The notes beneath the pieces were generated by a model. The model was not told the DNA's origin. It ran no database searches and saw only the letters and a list, made by a program, of their open reading frames with translations. From positions 1-63,319 of the forward strand of contig JBKKBI010000093.1 of assembly GCA_046714175.1 (NCBI GenBank): DNA of 63,319 nt. Direction: 5' to 3'. Shown in pieces: positions 40,621 through 50,048 of the stretch (the first letter of the stretch is position 1; each line of letters begins with the position of its first letter). Source of the DNA: Acidimicrobiia bacterium (GTDB lineage Bacteria; Actinomycetota; Acidimicrobiia; Spongiisociales; UBA11373). The translations under genes were made by a program, and so were the position numbers.

Positions 40621-40941
40621 TCATCCGCCCGAGATGGGGATCAGCAGGATCTGACCGGGGATGATCACGCTCGAGCCGAGGTCGTTGTGGCGGCGAATCT
40701 CGTCGACCAGGACGCGGACATCGTCTCCTGGAGCGACATGGTCGGACGCAATGTCCCACAGGGTGTCGCCACGGCGAACCGTGTAATCGATGCCGGTTGG
40801 GGCGTCGACGGCGGCAGACTCGGACTCGGCCGCAGCACCGGCGGGGGCGACCAGGGTTTCGAGGAGCAGGAGGAGCAGCGCCATGGCGACCGCGGCGAGG
40901 AGTACCACGACCCGGGGACGGGTGCTGGCGGGCATCGTCAT
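40621..40941 (-). CDS. Membrane-anchored LysM protein (YneA/ChiZ-like SOS cell-division inhibitor)
   Basis: TM plus YTVRRGDTLWDIA...IIPGQILLIP; lexA-LysM-nrdR synteny and SOS boxes. Confidence 0.85.
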   Translation of the reverse strand: MTMPASTRPRVVVLLAAVAMALLLLLLETLVAPAGAAAESESAAVDAPTGIDYTVRRGDTLWDIASDHVAPGDDVRVLVDEIRRHNDLGSSVIIPGQILLIPISGG

Positions 40942-40998
40942 GGCGCTGGCTCCTTCTGGCTCCGATACGGGGGCGACTGCCTCACCCCCACTCCCCGG

Positions 40999-41020
40999 AA
41001 AGTACGACCCGGGTATGACA
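40999..41020 (-). promoter_or_regulatory. RecA-NDp/PafBC-like promoter of LysM gene
   Basis: TGTCAT-N10-TACTTT. Confidence 0.55.
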
Positions 41021-41057
41021 CGAACAGGCGTTCGCCACTCTATCGAACGCCTGTTCG
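41021..41057. promoter_or_regulatory. Two LexA boxes
   Basis: CGAACAGGCGTTCG (41021-41034) and CGAACGCCTGTTCG (41044-41057). Confidence 0.88.
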
Positions 41058-41156
41058 CCCGTCAAGACCGCGTCGTGGGCCAGTTCGACTTGGAGCGGGG
41101 TCAATGGTCGGCAGATTGACACCGACCCACTCCCCGTCAGTTCGCCGTAAAGAAGC

Positions 41157-41184
41157 CAACCGCCGCACCAGCGTGCGGCGGTTG
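41157..41184 (-). terminator. Intrinsic terminator after micro-lipoprotein gene
   Basis: 12-bp stem CAACCGCCGCAC/GTGCGGCGGTTG followed by GCTTCTTT on - strand. Confidence 0.7.
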
Positions 41185-41230
41185 AACAGTCCTGGCAAGG
41201 ATTCCGAACGGCCCCTTTGGCCGGTTCCGG

Positions 41231-41371
41231 CTAGGAAGTCACGACTGCGGCGCGGCCGCCAATTTCGACTTCCAGATCGTTGTCGTCTTCGTTGCAGGCG
41301 CTCGCCATGAGGGCAAGCACGACCAGCAAAACCATCAGGGGTCGGAGCCGCCGCACTCTCTTGAGAAACAT
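41231..41371 (-). CDS. 46-aa micro-lipoprotein
   Basis: GAGGAGG RBS; MFLKRVRRLRPLMVLLVVLALMASA-CNEDDNDLEVEIGGRAAVVTS. Confidence 0.7.
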   Translation of the reverse strand: MFLKRVRRLRPLMVLLVVLALMASACNEDDNDLEVEIGGRAAVVTS

Positions 41372-41506
41372 GAGCTTGCCTCCTCTGGGATCCGAGTTGC
41401 CGCAAGCGTAATCAGCATGGGTCGAGCATCCCGCGGAGGCCGGGGTCAGTTCAATTTCGAGCGGGGCAACCGTCGTCAGATTCAATCTGACCCACTACCC
41501 CCAAGA

Positions 41507-41521
41507 TCGAACACATGTTTG
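41507..41521 (+). promoter_or_regulatory. LexA box upstream of lexA
   Basis: TCGAACACATGTTTG. Confidence 0.85.
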
Positions 41522-41578
41522 CCCGCGGAGCCGATTCCGGTTACCGTGGTTCCAGCAAAGCCCACTGAGGAGACGACC

Positions 41579-42208
41579 GTGGCCCCCAGCGACATCACCG
41601 AACGGCAACGCGAGATCCTCGACCTGATCCTCGAAACGGTCCGCCGCCGGGGCTATCCGCCCTCAGTGCGCGAAATCGGAGAAGCTGTCGGACTGTCCTC
41701 GCCCTCCACCGTGCACAGCCACCTATCGACGCTGGTGGAGGCCGGGATGTTGCGCCGCGACCCTTCCAAGCCCCGGGCGATCGAGGTGATCGAACCCCAT
41801 GCCGAAGGCGAGCTGCGCCGCGCCCCGGTGCGCGACGTGCCTCTGGTGGGCCGCATCGCCGCCGGGACACCGATCCTCGCCGAGGAAGACATCGATGAGA
41901 TCTTTCCCCTTCCCACCGAGATCGTCGGCAACGATCCGGTCTTCATGCTGCGCGTCCAGGGAGACTCGATGATCCTGGCCGGAATCTTCGACCGCGACTT
42001 CGTGGTCATTCGCCGCCAGCCCGATGCCCGCGACGGGGATCTGGTGGCGGCGCTGATCGACGGTGAGGAGGCGACAGTGAAGCGGTTGCGCCGCGAGCCA
42101 GGGCGCGTCCTGCTGCTTCCCGAGAACCCCGCCTACGAACCGATCATCCTCACCCGCGGCGTGGAGATCATCGGCAAAGTGGTCGCAGTATTGCGCTCGG
42201 TCCGCTGA
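41579..42208 (+). CDS. lexA: SOS repressor LexA
   Basis: GYPPSVREIG, IAAG cleavage site, GDSM, ATVKR. Confidence 0.97.
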   Translation: MAPSDITERQREILDLILETVRRRGYPPSVREIGEAVGLSSPSTVHSHLSTLVEAGMLRRDPSKPRAIEVIEPHAEGELRRAPVRDVPLVGRIAAGTPILAEEDIDEIFPLPTEIVGNDPVFMLRVQGDSMILAGIFDRDFVVIRRQPDARDGDLVAALIDGEEATVKRLRREPGRVLLLPENPAYEPIILTRGVEIIGKVVAVLRSVR

Positions 42209-42212
42209 GCCT

Positions 42213-42956
42213 CTACCAGGATCCGCGGTAGACGGTTCGAGCCGGGCCCTCGATCCAGGACACGCCGTCCACGACTTCCACCTTGAGGTCGCCTCCGGGG
42301 AGATGAACCGTGACTGCGTCTCCCACCAATCCTTCGGCCCGCGCCGCCGTCACCGCGGCCACCGCGCCGGTTCCACAGGCCAGGGTCTCCCCCGCCCCCC
42401 GTTCCCACACCCGCAGTGCGATGCGCCCGGTATCGATCACCGTGGCGAAGCCCGCGTTGGCGCCCTCGGGAAAGGCCGGGTCGGTCCCCACCACCGGCCC
42501 CGCAGCGGCAATGGGCACCGCGTAGCAGTCGGCGACGAAGACCACGGCGTGGGGGTTGCCCACATCGACAGGGATGGCGCGATATCCGGCAATGTCCGTG
42601 GCCTCTCCCCCCACCGAGGCCGGGCCGATTTCGGCACGGACCGACTCCCCCTTGATCACCACCCGGCGCGGGCCGACCGCCGTGGTGACGACGAACTCAT
42701 CCGAGTCCGCCATGGCGTGATCGCGGGCGAACCTGGCGACGCAGCGCAGTCCGTTGCCGCACATCTCGGCGGACGATCCGTCGGCATTCCAATAGTCCAT
42801 GCGCACTCCGGCGCCTGCGGTCACCACCAGAACCCCGTCGCCCCCAATCCCGCGGCGCCGGTCACACCACGCGCTCACCTGGCCGGGGGTAGGTGTGAAC
42901 GGGCCGGCGACCACGACGAAGTCGTTGCCCAGACCCTCCATCTTTACGAAGTCCAT
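42213..42956 (-). CDS. dapF: Diaminopimelate epimerase
   Basis: GLGNDF, NADGSSAEMCGNG, GNPH, ERGAGETLACGTG. Confidence 0.95.
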   Translation of the reverse strand: MDFVKMEGLGNDFVVVAGPFTPTPGQVSAWCDRRRGIGGDGVLVVTAGAGVRMDYWNADGSSAEMCGNGLRCVARFARDHAMADSDEFVVTTAVGPRRVVIKGESVRAEIGPASVGGEATDIAGYRAIPVDVGNPHAVVFVADCYAVPIAAAGPVVGTDPAFPEGANAGFATVIDTGRIALRVWERGAGETLACGTGAVAAVTAARAEGLVGDAVTVHLPGGDLKVEVVDGVSWIEGPARTVYRGSW

Positions 42957-43867
42957 CCCGCCTCCTCCTCGAGGAGCTGGGCTGCTTCCCCCGCCACCAC
43001 GTTCGGGTCATCATCCCACCGCAGCCAGCGGATGCGTGGGTCGCGACGATGGAACGTGCGTTGCCGGCGCGCCAGGGCGGTGGTAGCCGCCACCGCCCGT
43101 CGCGTTCCCTGCGCCAGGTCACACTCCCCGCGCGCCACCGCCAACAGGTCGCGATACCCGACCGCCTGCGAGGCCACCGGACCCATCACCGGCGCCAGCC
43201 GCGCCACCTCCGCCACGAGACCGCTGTCGAGCATGGCCCCGAACCGGGTCCGGATCCGGTCGGCGAGCAGTGGCCCGGGATCGATGCCGAGCGCCACCAC
43301 CGGCCACAGGCTCTGGTAACCGCGCACCGCAGCGGCGGAGGGCCGGGCGGCGCGCTGCGACGGTGTCTCCCCGGTGAGCTCCATCACCTCCAGCGCCCGA
43401 GTGACCCGGCGGGCGTTGTCCAACGCCACCCAGGCCCCGGCATCGGGGTCCGCCATCAGCAGCCGGTCCCGGGCTTCGGCGGCCGCCACCCGCTCGAGCT
43501 GGTGGCGCCGATCCGGATCAGAGGGGGCGAACTCGAGCGGATCGACCAACGCCCGGAAGTGCAGCCCGCTCCCGCCGACGATGAGCAGCCTGGTCCCGGC
43601 CTCGTCTCCCTGGCGCATGACATCCCGGCCCAGGCCCTGGAACTGCGCTACCGAGAACGAGTCCGCCGGGTCGGCGATGTCGAGCATGTGATGTCGCACC
43701 ACGTCCCGCTCTGCCGCCGTCGGCTTGGCGGTGCCGATGTCCATGCCCCGGAACACCTGCATGCTGTCGACAGACACCACCTCGGCGCCGAACCGCCGCG
43801 CCAACAACATGGCGATGGCGCTCTTGGCGGCGGCGGTGGGACCGAGGAGGGCGGCGAGCGTGCTCAG
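42944..43867 (-). CDS. miaA: tRNA dimethylallyltransferase (probable CTG start)
   Basis: LLGPTAAAKS lies upstream of first ATG; DSMQVFRGMDIGTAKP, VGGSGL, ARRQRT. Confidence 0.92.
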   Translation of the reverse strand: MSTLAALLGPTAAAKSAIAMLLARRFGAEVVSVDSMQVFRGMDIGTAKPTAAERDVVRHHMLDIADPADSFSVAQFQGLGRDVMRQGDEAGTRLLIVGGSGLHFRALVDPLEFAPSDPDRRHQLERVAAAEARDRLLMADPDAGAWVALDNARRVTRALEVMELTGETPSQRAARPSAAAVRGYQSLWPVVALGIDPGPLLADRIRTRFGAMLDSGLVAEVARLAPVMGPVASQAVGYRDLLAVARGECDLAQGTRRAVAATTALARRQRTFHRRDPRIRWLRWDDDPNVVAGEAAQLLEEEAGWTS

Positions 43868-45243
43868 GCCGGAGTCCCCACCAAGTGGCTGGGGGCGGCA
43901 TGGTGGAGCGCGGCGTGCAGGAACGTACCGGAGGGCTGGGTACCGGGGACGTGTACCACCTTGTTGGTGCGGGTGCGGGCGGTGATCATCCCCGGATCCT
44001 TGCGGGACGGCCCTTCGCTGAGCACCTCGACAGTGGACCCGATCAGTGCCTGATTCTTCTCCAATGAGATGCGGCGCTGCAGGTCGGCCAAGCGGGCGAA
44101 GCGCTCCCCGGCAACCGCGGGGTCGATGTGTCCCGGCATGGTGGCGGCCGCGGTCCCGGGGCGGGGTGAATAGATGAACATGTAGGCCCCGTCGAACCGG
44201 GCAGTGCTCATTACCTCCAGAGTGGCGGCAAAGTCGGCCTCGGTCTCGCCCGGGAAGCCGACGATGATGTCTGTGGAGGTGGCGAGACCGGGAATTCCCT
44301 CCTCGGCCATTCGCAGCCGCTCCAGGAACCGTGCCGGTGTGTACCCGCGCTGCATGGCCCGCAGGATGGTGGGGCTGCCGCTCTGCAGGGGCAGGTGCAG
44401 CTGCTCGCAGACTGCCGGGGTCTCAGCCATCGCCGCCACCACATCCTGACGGATGTCCTTGGGGTGGGGGCTGGTGAAGCGGATGCGTCGGATCCCCTCC
44501 ACCTCACCGACCCGGCGGAGCAGATCGGCGAACAGCGGGCGGCGACGGCCGTCCAGTGCCAGATCCCGACCGTAGGAGTTGACGTTCTGCCCCAGGAGGG
44601 TCACCTCGACCACTCCGTCAGCAGCGAGAGCGCGGACCTCGCGGATGATGTCGGCAGGGCGCCGGGAGATCTCGCGGCCCCGCACCACGGGCACGATGCA
44701 GAAGGTGCAGCCGTTGTTGCACCCGATGGTGATCGTCACCCATGCCGAATGCGGAACCTCCCGGCGAGCCGGAAGGGTGGACGGCATGTCGTCCACCGAC
44801 TCGGTCTCATCCCAGATCTCGGTGACCGGCCCCCACTCCTCGGCGTGATCCAGCAGCGCCAGGGCGCGGTGCAGATTGTGCGTACCGAAGACCACATCCA
44901 CCCAGGGGGCTCGCGCCATCACCGTGTCGCGGTCCTTCTGTGCCAGGCATCCCGACACCAGGATCCGCATCCCCGGGCGCTCCTGCTTTATGGCCTTGAG
45001 CTGTCCCAGATTCCCGTACAGCCGGTTGTCGGCGTTCTCGCGGATGCAGCAGGTGTTGATGAGTACGACGTCGGCATCCTCGGTCCCGGTGGCCGGCACC
45101 ATTCCGTCGGACTCGAACATTCCGGCGATCCGCTCCGAGTCGTGCTCGTTCATCTGGCAGCCAAAGGTGCGCACCAGATAGCGCCTGCCCACACGGGTAG
45201 GGGTGCGGCGCTCGCGAACGGTGGGCAGACCGATGACTGTCAT
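43864..45243 (-). CDS. miaB: tRNA methylthiotransferase MiaB
   Basis: TFGCQMNEHDSE, CNNGCTFC, DIIVGFPGE, TRAM domain. Confidence 0.96.
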   Translation of the reverse strand: MTVIGLPTVRERRTPTRVGRRYLVRTFGCQMNEHDSERIAGMFESDGMVPATGTEDADVVLINTCCIRENADNRLYGNLGQLKAIKQERPGMRILVSGCLAQKDRDTVMARAPWVDVVFGTHNLHRALALLDHAEEWGPVTEIWDETESVDDMPSTLPARREVPHSAWVTITIGCNNGCTFCIVPVVRGREISRRPADIIREVRALAADGVVEVTLLGQNVNSYGRDLALDGRRRPLFADLLRRVGEVEGIRRIRFTSPHPKDIRQDVVAAMAETPAVCEQLHLPLQSGSPTILRAMQRGYTPARFLERLRMAEEGIPGLATSTDIIVGFPGETEADFAATLEVMSTARFDGAYMFIYSPRPGTAAATMPGHIDPAVAGERFARLADLQRRISLEKNQALIGSTVEVLSEGPSRKDPGMITARTRTNKVVHVPGTQPSGTFLHAALHHAAPSHLVGTPA

Positions 45244-46766
45244 CGGGCGTAGTCGGTGGCTCGCAACTCCCGGATCACCGTCACCTCGATCTGCCCCGGG
45301 TACTGCAGCTCGTCCTGGAATCGTTTGGCGATGCGGCGGGCGAGGTCGTGGGCGGCGAGGTCGTCGACGGTTCCCGGATCGACCACCACCCGTACCTCCC
45401 GGCCGGCCTGCATGGCGTAGACGCGCTCCACGCCGTCGAAGCTGCGGGCGATCGCCTCCAGTTGCTCCAGGCGGCGGACAAAGGACTCCACCGCCTCGCG
45501 GCGGGCTCCGGGCCGCGACGCCGAAACCGCATCGGCCGCCTGCACGATCACCGCGGTCAGGGTACGCGGCTCGACCTCGTTGTGATGGGCCTCGATTCCG
45601 TGCACGATCGCCGGCGCCTCCCCGAACCTACGGGCGATCTCGGCACCCACCATGGCGTGGGAGCCGCCCAACTCGTGACTCACCGCCTTGCCGATGTCAT
45701 GAAGGAAGGCGGCACGGCGGGCCTCCACCGGGTCGACGCCGATCTCGGCGGCAAGCATGCCCGCCACCTTGGCCGACTCGATGAGGTGATGCAGGACGTT
45801 CTGGCCGTAGGACAATCGGTACTTGAGACGGCCCAAGAGGTTCACCAACTCCGGGTGCATGCGGGAGATGCCCACTTCAAGGATCGCCCACTCCCCGGCA
45901 TCACGCACACTCTGTTCGACTTCGGCAAGAGCCTTCTCATAGGCATCCTCGATCGATGCCGGGTGGATGCGCCCGTCCGCGATCAGCCGCTCCAGGGCGA
46001 GCCGGGCCACTTCGCGCCGCACCGGGTCGAAGGCCGAAATCCCCACCGCCTCCGGGGTGTCATCGACGATGATGTTGACTCCGGTGATCGACTCGAAGGC
46101 GCGGATGTTGCGGCCGTCGCGCCCGATGATGCGGCCCTTCATGTCCTCGCTGGGAATCGGCACGGTGGTTACCGTGGTCTCGGCGACGACGTCGGAGGCG
46201 AGGCGCTGGACCGTGGTGGTGAGGATGCGTCGTGCCCGGCGATCGGCCTCTTCGCGAGCCTTCATCTCCAGGTCGCGCATGAGCACCATGGCTTCCCGCC
46301 GCGCTTCGTCCTCGACCCGCTGCAGCAACTCCGCCTTGGCGGCCTTGGCGTCGACCCCAGCCAGCTTTTCGAGCGAGGCACGGGCGTCCTCGCGCAACTG
46401 CTCGGCGGTGCGACGCGTTTCGACCACCTCGCGCTCCCGTTCGATCAGGTTGGTCTCGCGCTGCGCCAGGTTGGCGGCACGCTGTTCCAGGGTGGCCTCG
46501 CGTTGCAGCGATCGCTCCTCCTGGGATTCCAACTCGAGGCGGCGATGGTCCAGGGCGGCCGTCTCTCGCTCGCGATGGGCGTCTGCCGTCGCCCGCGCCT
46601 CTCGCTCCGCCCCCTCCAACACGCGCTGCGCCTCCCGCCGGGCATCACGGACCACATCGTCTGCGGTGGTGTCGCGGAGACTGCGGCCCCGCCACACCCG
46701 GCCGGCGAGGAGGCCGAGCAGGAGCGCGACGGCGGCAGCCGCTGCGACCACGATTGCGTTCGACAT
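45240..46766 (-). CDS. rny: Ribonuclease Y
   Basis: N-terminal TM, coiled coil, KH KGRIIGRDGRNIR, HD LHDIGK. Confidence 0.96.
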   Translation of the reverse strand: MSNAIVVAAAAAVALLLGLLAGRVWRGRSLRDTTADDVVRDARREAQRVLEGAEREARATADAHRERETAALDHRRLELESQEERSLQREATLEQRAANLAQRETNLIEREREVVETRRTAEQLREDARASLEKLAGVDAKAAKAELLQRVEDEARREAMVLMRDLEMKAREEADRRARRILTTTVQRLASDVVAETTVTTVPIPSEDMKGRIIGRDGRNIRAFESITGVNIIVDDTPEAVGISAFDPVRREVARLALERLIADGRIHPASIEDAYEKALAEVEQSVRDAGEWAILEVGISRMHPELVNLLGRLKYRLSYGQNVLHHLIESAKVAGMLAAEIGVDPVEARRAAFLHDIGKAVSHELGGSHAMVGAEIARRFGEAPAIVHGIEAHHNEVEPRTLTAVIVQAADAVSASRPGARREAVESFVRRLEQLEAIARSFDGVERVYAMQAGREVRVVVDPGTVDDLAAHDLARRIAKRFQDELQYPGQIEVTVIRELRATDYAR

Positions 46767-46986
46767 CGGCGGGCTCCTCTCGGCAACCCCGGAAAGCACG
46801 GCGCGCCGAGCCAGTGGGCTCGACGCGCACTCCGCCCGGCCGGGTCAGAGGCCGACTCGACCGCTCGATTCTTTCTGAAGAGGCTGCATCCGGTACGGGA
46901 TTTCAGGTTCTTGAGTACGCGTTGGGGCCAATCGTAATGCCCATTCCGCTCAAGGATGAAAGGGCCGCCAAGGACCCCCCGCCGGG

Positions 46987-48060
46987 TCAGTCGTCGCTAT
47001 CGGCAAGGTCGGCCTTGGTGATGCTGCCGCCGTCTTCGGCGGCGTCGGCCTCGGACTCGTCGAACGATCCTGCCTTGGCGCCCCCGATGCCCACGGTCTC
47101 CAGCACCCGAGCCTGGAGCTGTACGGCCACCTCGGGGTTCTCCCGCAGGAAACGCTTGGCGTTCTCTCTCCCCTGGCCCAGCTGGTCGCCATCGAAGGTG
47201 TACCAGGCACCGCTCTTGCGCACCACGTCGTGTTCCGCGGCCACATCGAGCAGGGAGCCCTCCCGGGAGATGCCTTCGCCGAACATGATGTCGAACTCGG
47301 CCTTGCGGAACGGCGGGGCCACCTTGTTCTTCACCACCTTGGCCACCACCCGGTTGCCCACCGCCTCCTGGCCTTCCTTGATCGACTGGATTCGGCGAAT
47401 GTCGATCCGAACCGAGGCGTAGAACTTGAGCGCCCGGCCTCCTGGAGTGATCTCCGGGCTGCCGAACATGACCCCGATCTTCTCCCGAAGCTGGTTGATA
47501 AAGACCGCCGTCGTCTGGGAGCGGTTGATCGAGCCGGCGAGCTTGCGCAGCGCCTGGGACATGAGCCGCGCCTGCAGGCCCATATGGACATCACCCATCT
47601 CGCCTTCGATCTCGGCCCGGGGCACCAGAGCTGCCACCGAATCGATGACCACCACGTCGAGGGCGCCGGAGCGGATCAGCATGTCGGTGATCTCCAGGGC
47701 CTGCTCTCCGGTGTCGGGTTGGGAGATGAGCAACTCGTCGACATCGACCCCGAGGGCGGCGGCGTAGCCGGGATCCAGGGCGTGCTCGGCATCGATGAAG
47801 GCGGCGATGCCGCCGTTGCGCTGCGCCTCGGCCACGATGTGGAGCGCCAGGGTGGTCTTGCCGCTGCTTTCCGGTCCGAAGATCTCCACGATCCGCCCCC
47901 GGGGGACGCCGCCGATGCCGAGGGCAAGGTCGAGGGCCATGGCGCCGGTGGAGATGGCACCGATCTTCTGCACGTTCTCGGCCCCCAACCTCATGATGGC
48001 GCCCTTGCCAAACTGACGCTCGATCTGCGACAGGGCCACCTCGAGGGACTTATCTTCCAC
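46987..48060 (-). CDS. recA: Recombinase RecA (GTG start with GAAGGAG RBS; alternative ATG at 48093)
   Basis: [30 protein letters not shown]. Confidence 0.98.
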   Translation of the reverse strand: MEDKSLEVALSQIERQFGKGAIMRLGAENVQKIGAISTGAMALDLALGIGGVPRGRIVEIFGPESSGKTTLALHIVAEAQRNGGIAAFIDAEHALDPGYAAALGVDVDELLISQPDTGEQALEITDMLIRSGALDVVVIDSVAALVPRAEIEGEMGDVHMGLQARLMSQALRKLAGSINRSQTTAVFINQLREKIGVMFGSPEITPGGRALKFYASVRIDIRRIQSIKEGQEAVGNRVVAKVVKNKVAPPFRKAEFDIMFGEGISREGSLLDVAAEHDVVRKSGAWYTFDGDQLGQGRENAKRFLRENPEVAVQLQARVLETVGIGGAKAGSFDESEADAAEDGGSITKADLADSDD

Positions 48061-48099
48061 GGCGATGCTCCTTCCGGGCTGCTTCCGACTCATGCAGGC

Positions 48100-48121
48100 A
48101 ACGTATCCGCAGGGTGTGACA
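48100..48121 (-). promoter_or_regulatory. RecA-NDp/PafBC-like promoter of recA
   Basis: TGTCAC-N10-TACGTT. Confidence 0.6.
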
Positions 48122-48172
48122 CGGAGCCGTGAACCACACCCATGGTATTCGCCGCCATGGCGCCACGATAGC

Positions 48173-48186
48173 CGAACAGGTGTTCG
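48173..48186. promoter_or_regulatory. LexA box upstream of recA
   Basis: CGAACAGGTGTTCG. Confidence 0.88.
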
Positions 48187-48258
48187 GTGACAAGGAAGTC
48201 AGCAGTCGCCAGCCACCAGTCGCCAGCCAGATCGCAGATGGCCGTCCGACGACCGCGA

Positions 48259-48801
48259 TCAGGCCCCCAGCTTGATCTCCTCCACCACCCGATAGGCAGC
48301 CCCGCCGCTCACCAGGCGGCTCTGATAGACAGTGACCCGGTCCACCGCCATGGTCACCCCAAAGGCCGGGCAGGTCGTCACCAGGGCGGCGAGGTCCTCG
48401 GCCGGACGGATCCGGCTCAGGGTGAGATGGGGGTTGAAGGGGCGGTCCTCCACCCCGAGCCCGGCGCCATCCACGGTGTCCCGGACCTTCTCGGCCAGAG
48501 AGTTGAGGCGATCGAGGCCCCGGTCGGGTCCGATCCATAGCACGTTGGCTCGCTCCGGCCGGGGGAAAGCCCCCAGGCCCGCCCAGCGCAGCCGGAAGCG
48601 CTCCCCCAGATCGGCCTGGTCGAGCGCGGCTACCAAGCGATCGCAATCGTGCTCCGGGATCTCCCCCAAGAACCGCAGCGTGATGTGCCAGTTGCCCGGG
48701 CGCACCACCTTGCCGGGGATGTCGGCCACGGTCGCATCGAGGGCGGCCACCAGCCGGTGGCGCACCTCGTCGGGTACCGGCACCGCCACGAAAACCCTCA
48801 C
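48259..48801 (-). CDS. thpR: RNA 2',3'-cyclic phosphodiesterase (2'-5' RNA ligase family)
   Basis: Two HxT motifs WHITLRFLG and PHLTLSR. Confidence 0.92.
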   Translation of the reverse strand: MRVFVAVPVPDEVRHRLVAALDATVADIPGKVVRPGNWHITLRFLGEIPEHDCDRLVAALDQADLGERFRLRWAGLGAFPRPERANVLWIGPDRGLDRLNSLAEKVRDTVDGAGLGVEDRPFNPHLTLSRIRPAEDLAALVTTCPAFGVTMAVDRVTVYQSRLVSGGAAYRVVEEIKLGA

Positions 48802-50048
48802 CGCTCCCACCACTCCCCGGATACGGCGAGGCGCACGGCGTGCAGGGCGGCGGTGGTGGCATACACCCTCACCCGCTCCCGGTCTCCGGGAAGTCGCAGG
48901 GTGCGGGCGTTGCAACCCTCCGGTGTGGCGACCGCGATGAACATCGTCCCCACCGGTTGCTCCAGGGGGTCGGGCCCGGCCGATCCGGTCGTCGCCACGG
49001 CGACCTCCGCCCCCAGCGCGGTTCGCGCCCCGGCCGCCATGGCGAGTGCGGTCTCCGCGCTCACCGCGCCGTGCTCGTCGAGAACCGCCGCGGGGACTCC
49101 GAGCACCGAGGTCTTGACGGCGTTGGCGTAGGCCACCACCCCGCCGCGGAACACCCGCGACGACCCGGGCACGGTGGTGAGGGCGGCGGCCACCAGTCCG
49201 CCGGTGGCCGACTCGGCGCTGGCCAGACTCCAGCCGCGGGCCTCACATGCCGCGAGCACGATGCGTTCGATGGTGTCGGTGTCGGCACCGAACACCAGCG
49301 AGCCGAGGCGGCGGCGGAGCTCCGCCTCCACCGGGGCGATCAGGTCGCCGGCCGCCGCCGCGGTGGGAGCGCGGGCGGTGAGCCGCAGCTTGATCTCCCC
49401 GCCGCTGGCAAGGAAGGCCAGCGTCGGATTGGTGCCGGAGTCGTAGAGATCGCCGACCACCTCGGCGAGACGGGACTCCGACTCCCCCCAGGTGCGCAGC
49501 ACCCGGCTGACGATCCCCCCGGACCGCTCCCCCTCCAGGGCGAGGAGAAACGGGATCACCGCCTCCTCCACCATCGGCACCATCTCCTGGGGCACCCCGG
49601 GAAGGGCAAACACCCAGCAGGTGCCGATCCGCAACCGCAGCCCGGGGGCGGTGCCCTTCGGGTTGGGAATGAGCACCGCCCCGCGGGGATGTTCCGCCTG
49701 CCGAAGGTTGCTGGTGGGCATCTCCCGACCCCGCGCCTGCCACCACTCCCGCAGCTGTTCGGCATACTCGGACGAAGTCTCCATCCCGACCGCGGCGGCG
49801 ACGCACAGCGCCTCCCGGGTCAGATCGTCCTGGGTGGGACCGATGCCCCCGGTGATGACGACGGCGTCGGCGCGGCCGCACGCTTCGGTGAGGGCGGCGG
49901 CGATTCGGGCCACGTTGTCCCCCACCACCGTCTGGCGGTAGTGATCGAGGCCGGCAGCCGCCAGCCGGGCACCGATGTCGGCGCCATTGCCGTTGACGAT
50001 CTGGCCGAGCAACAACTCGGTGCCGACGGCGAGCTGCTCGACGATCAA
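48798..50048 (-). CDS. cinA: Competence/damage-inducible protein CinA
   Basis: VGTELLLG, TGGIGPTQDDLT, AESATGG; TTG start overlapping rimO stop. Confidence 0.94.
   Translation of the reverse strand: MIVEQLAVGTELLLGQIVNGNGADIGARLAAAGLDHYRQTVVGDNVARIAAALTEACGRADAVVITGGIGPTQDDLTREALCVAAAVGMETSSEYAEQLREWWQARGREMPTSNLRQAEHPRGAVLIPNPKGTAPGLRLRIGTCWVFALPGVPQEMVPMVEEAVIPFLLALEGERSGGIVSRVLRTWGESESRLAEVVGDLYDSGTNPTLAFLASGGEIKLRLTARAPTAAAAGDLIAPVEAELRRRLGSLVFGADTDTIERIVLAACEARGWSLASAESATGGLVAAALTTVPGSSRVFRGGVVAYANAVKTSVLGVPAAVLDEHGAVSAETALAMAAGARTALGAEVAVATTGSAGPDPLEQPVGTMFIAVATPEGCNARTLRLPGDRERVRVYATTAALHAVRLAVSGEWWER

Noticed and set aside
46770-46986. Structured ncRNA between recA and rny
   Set aside because: A GC hairpin is present, but there is no family motif; expected by chance at this GC content
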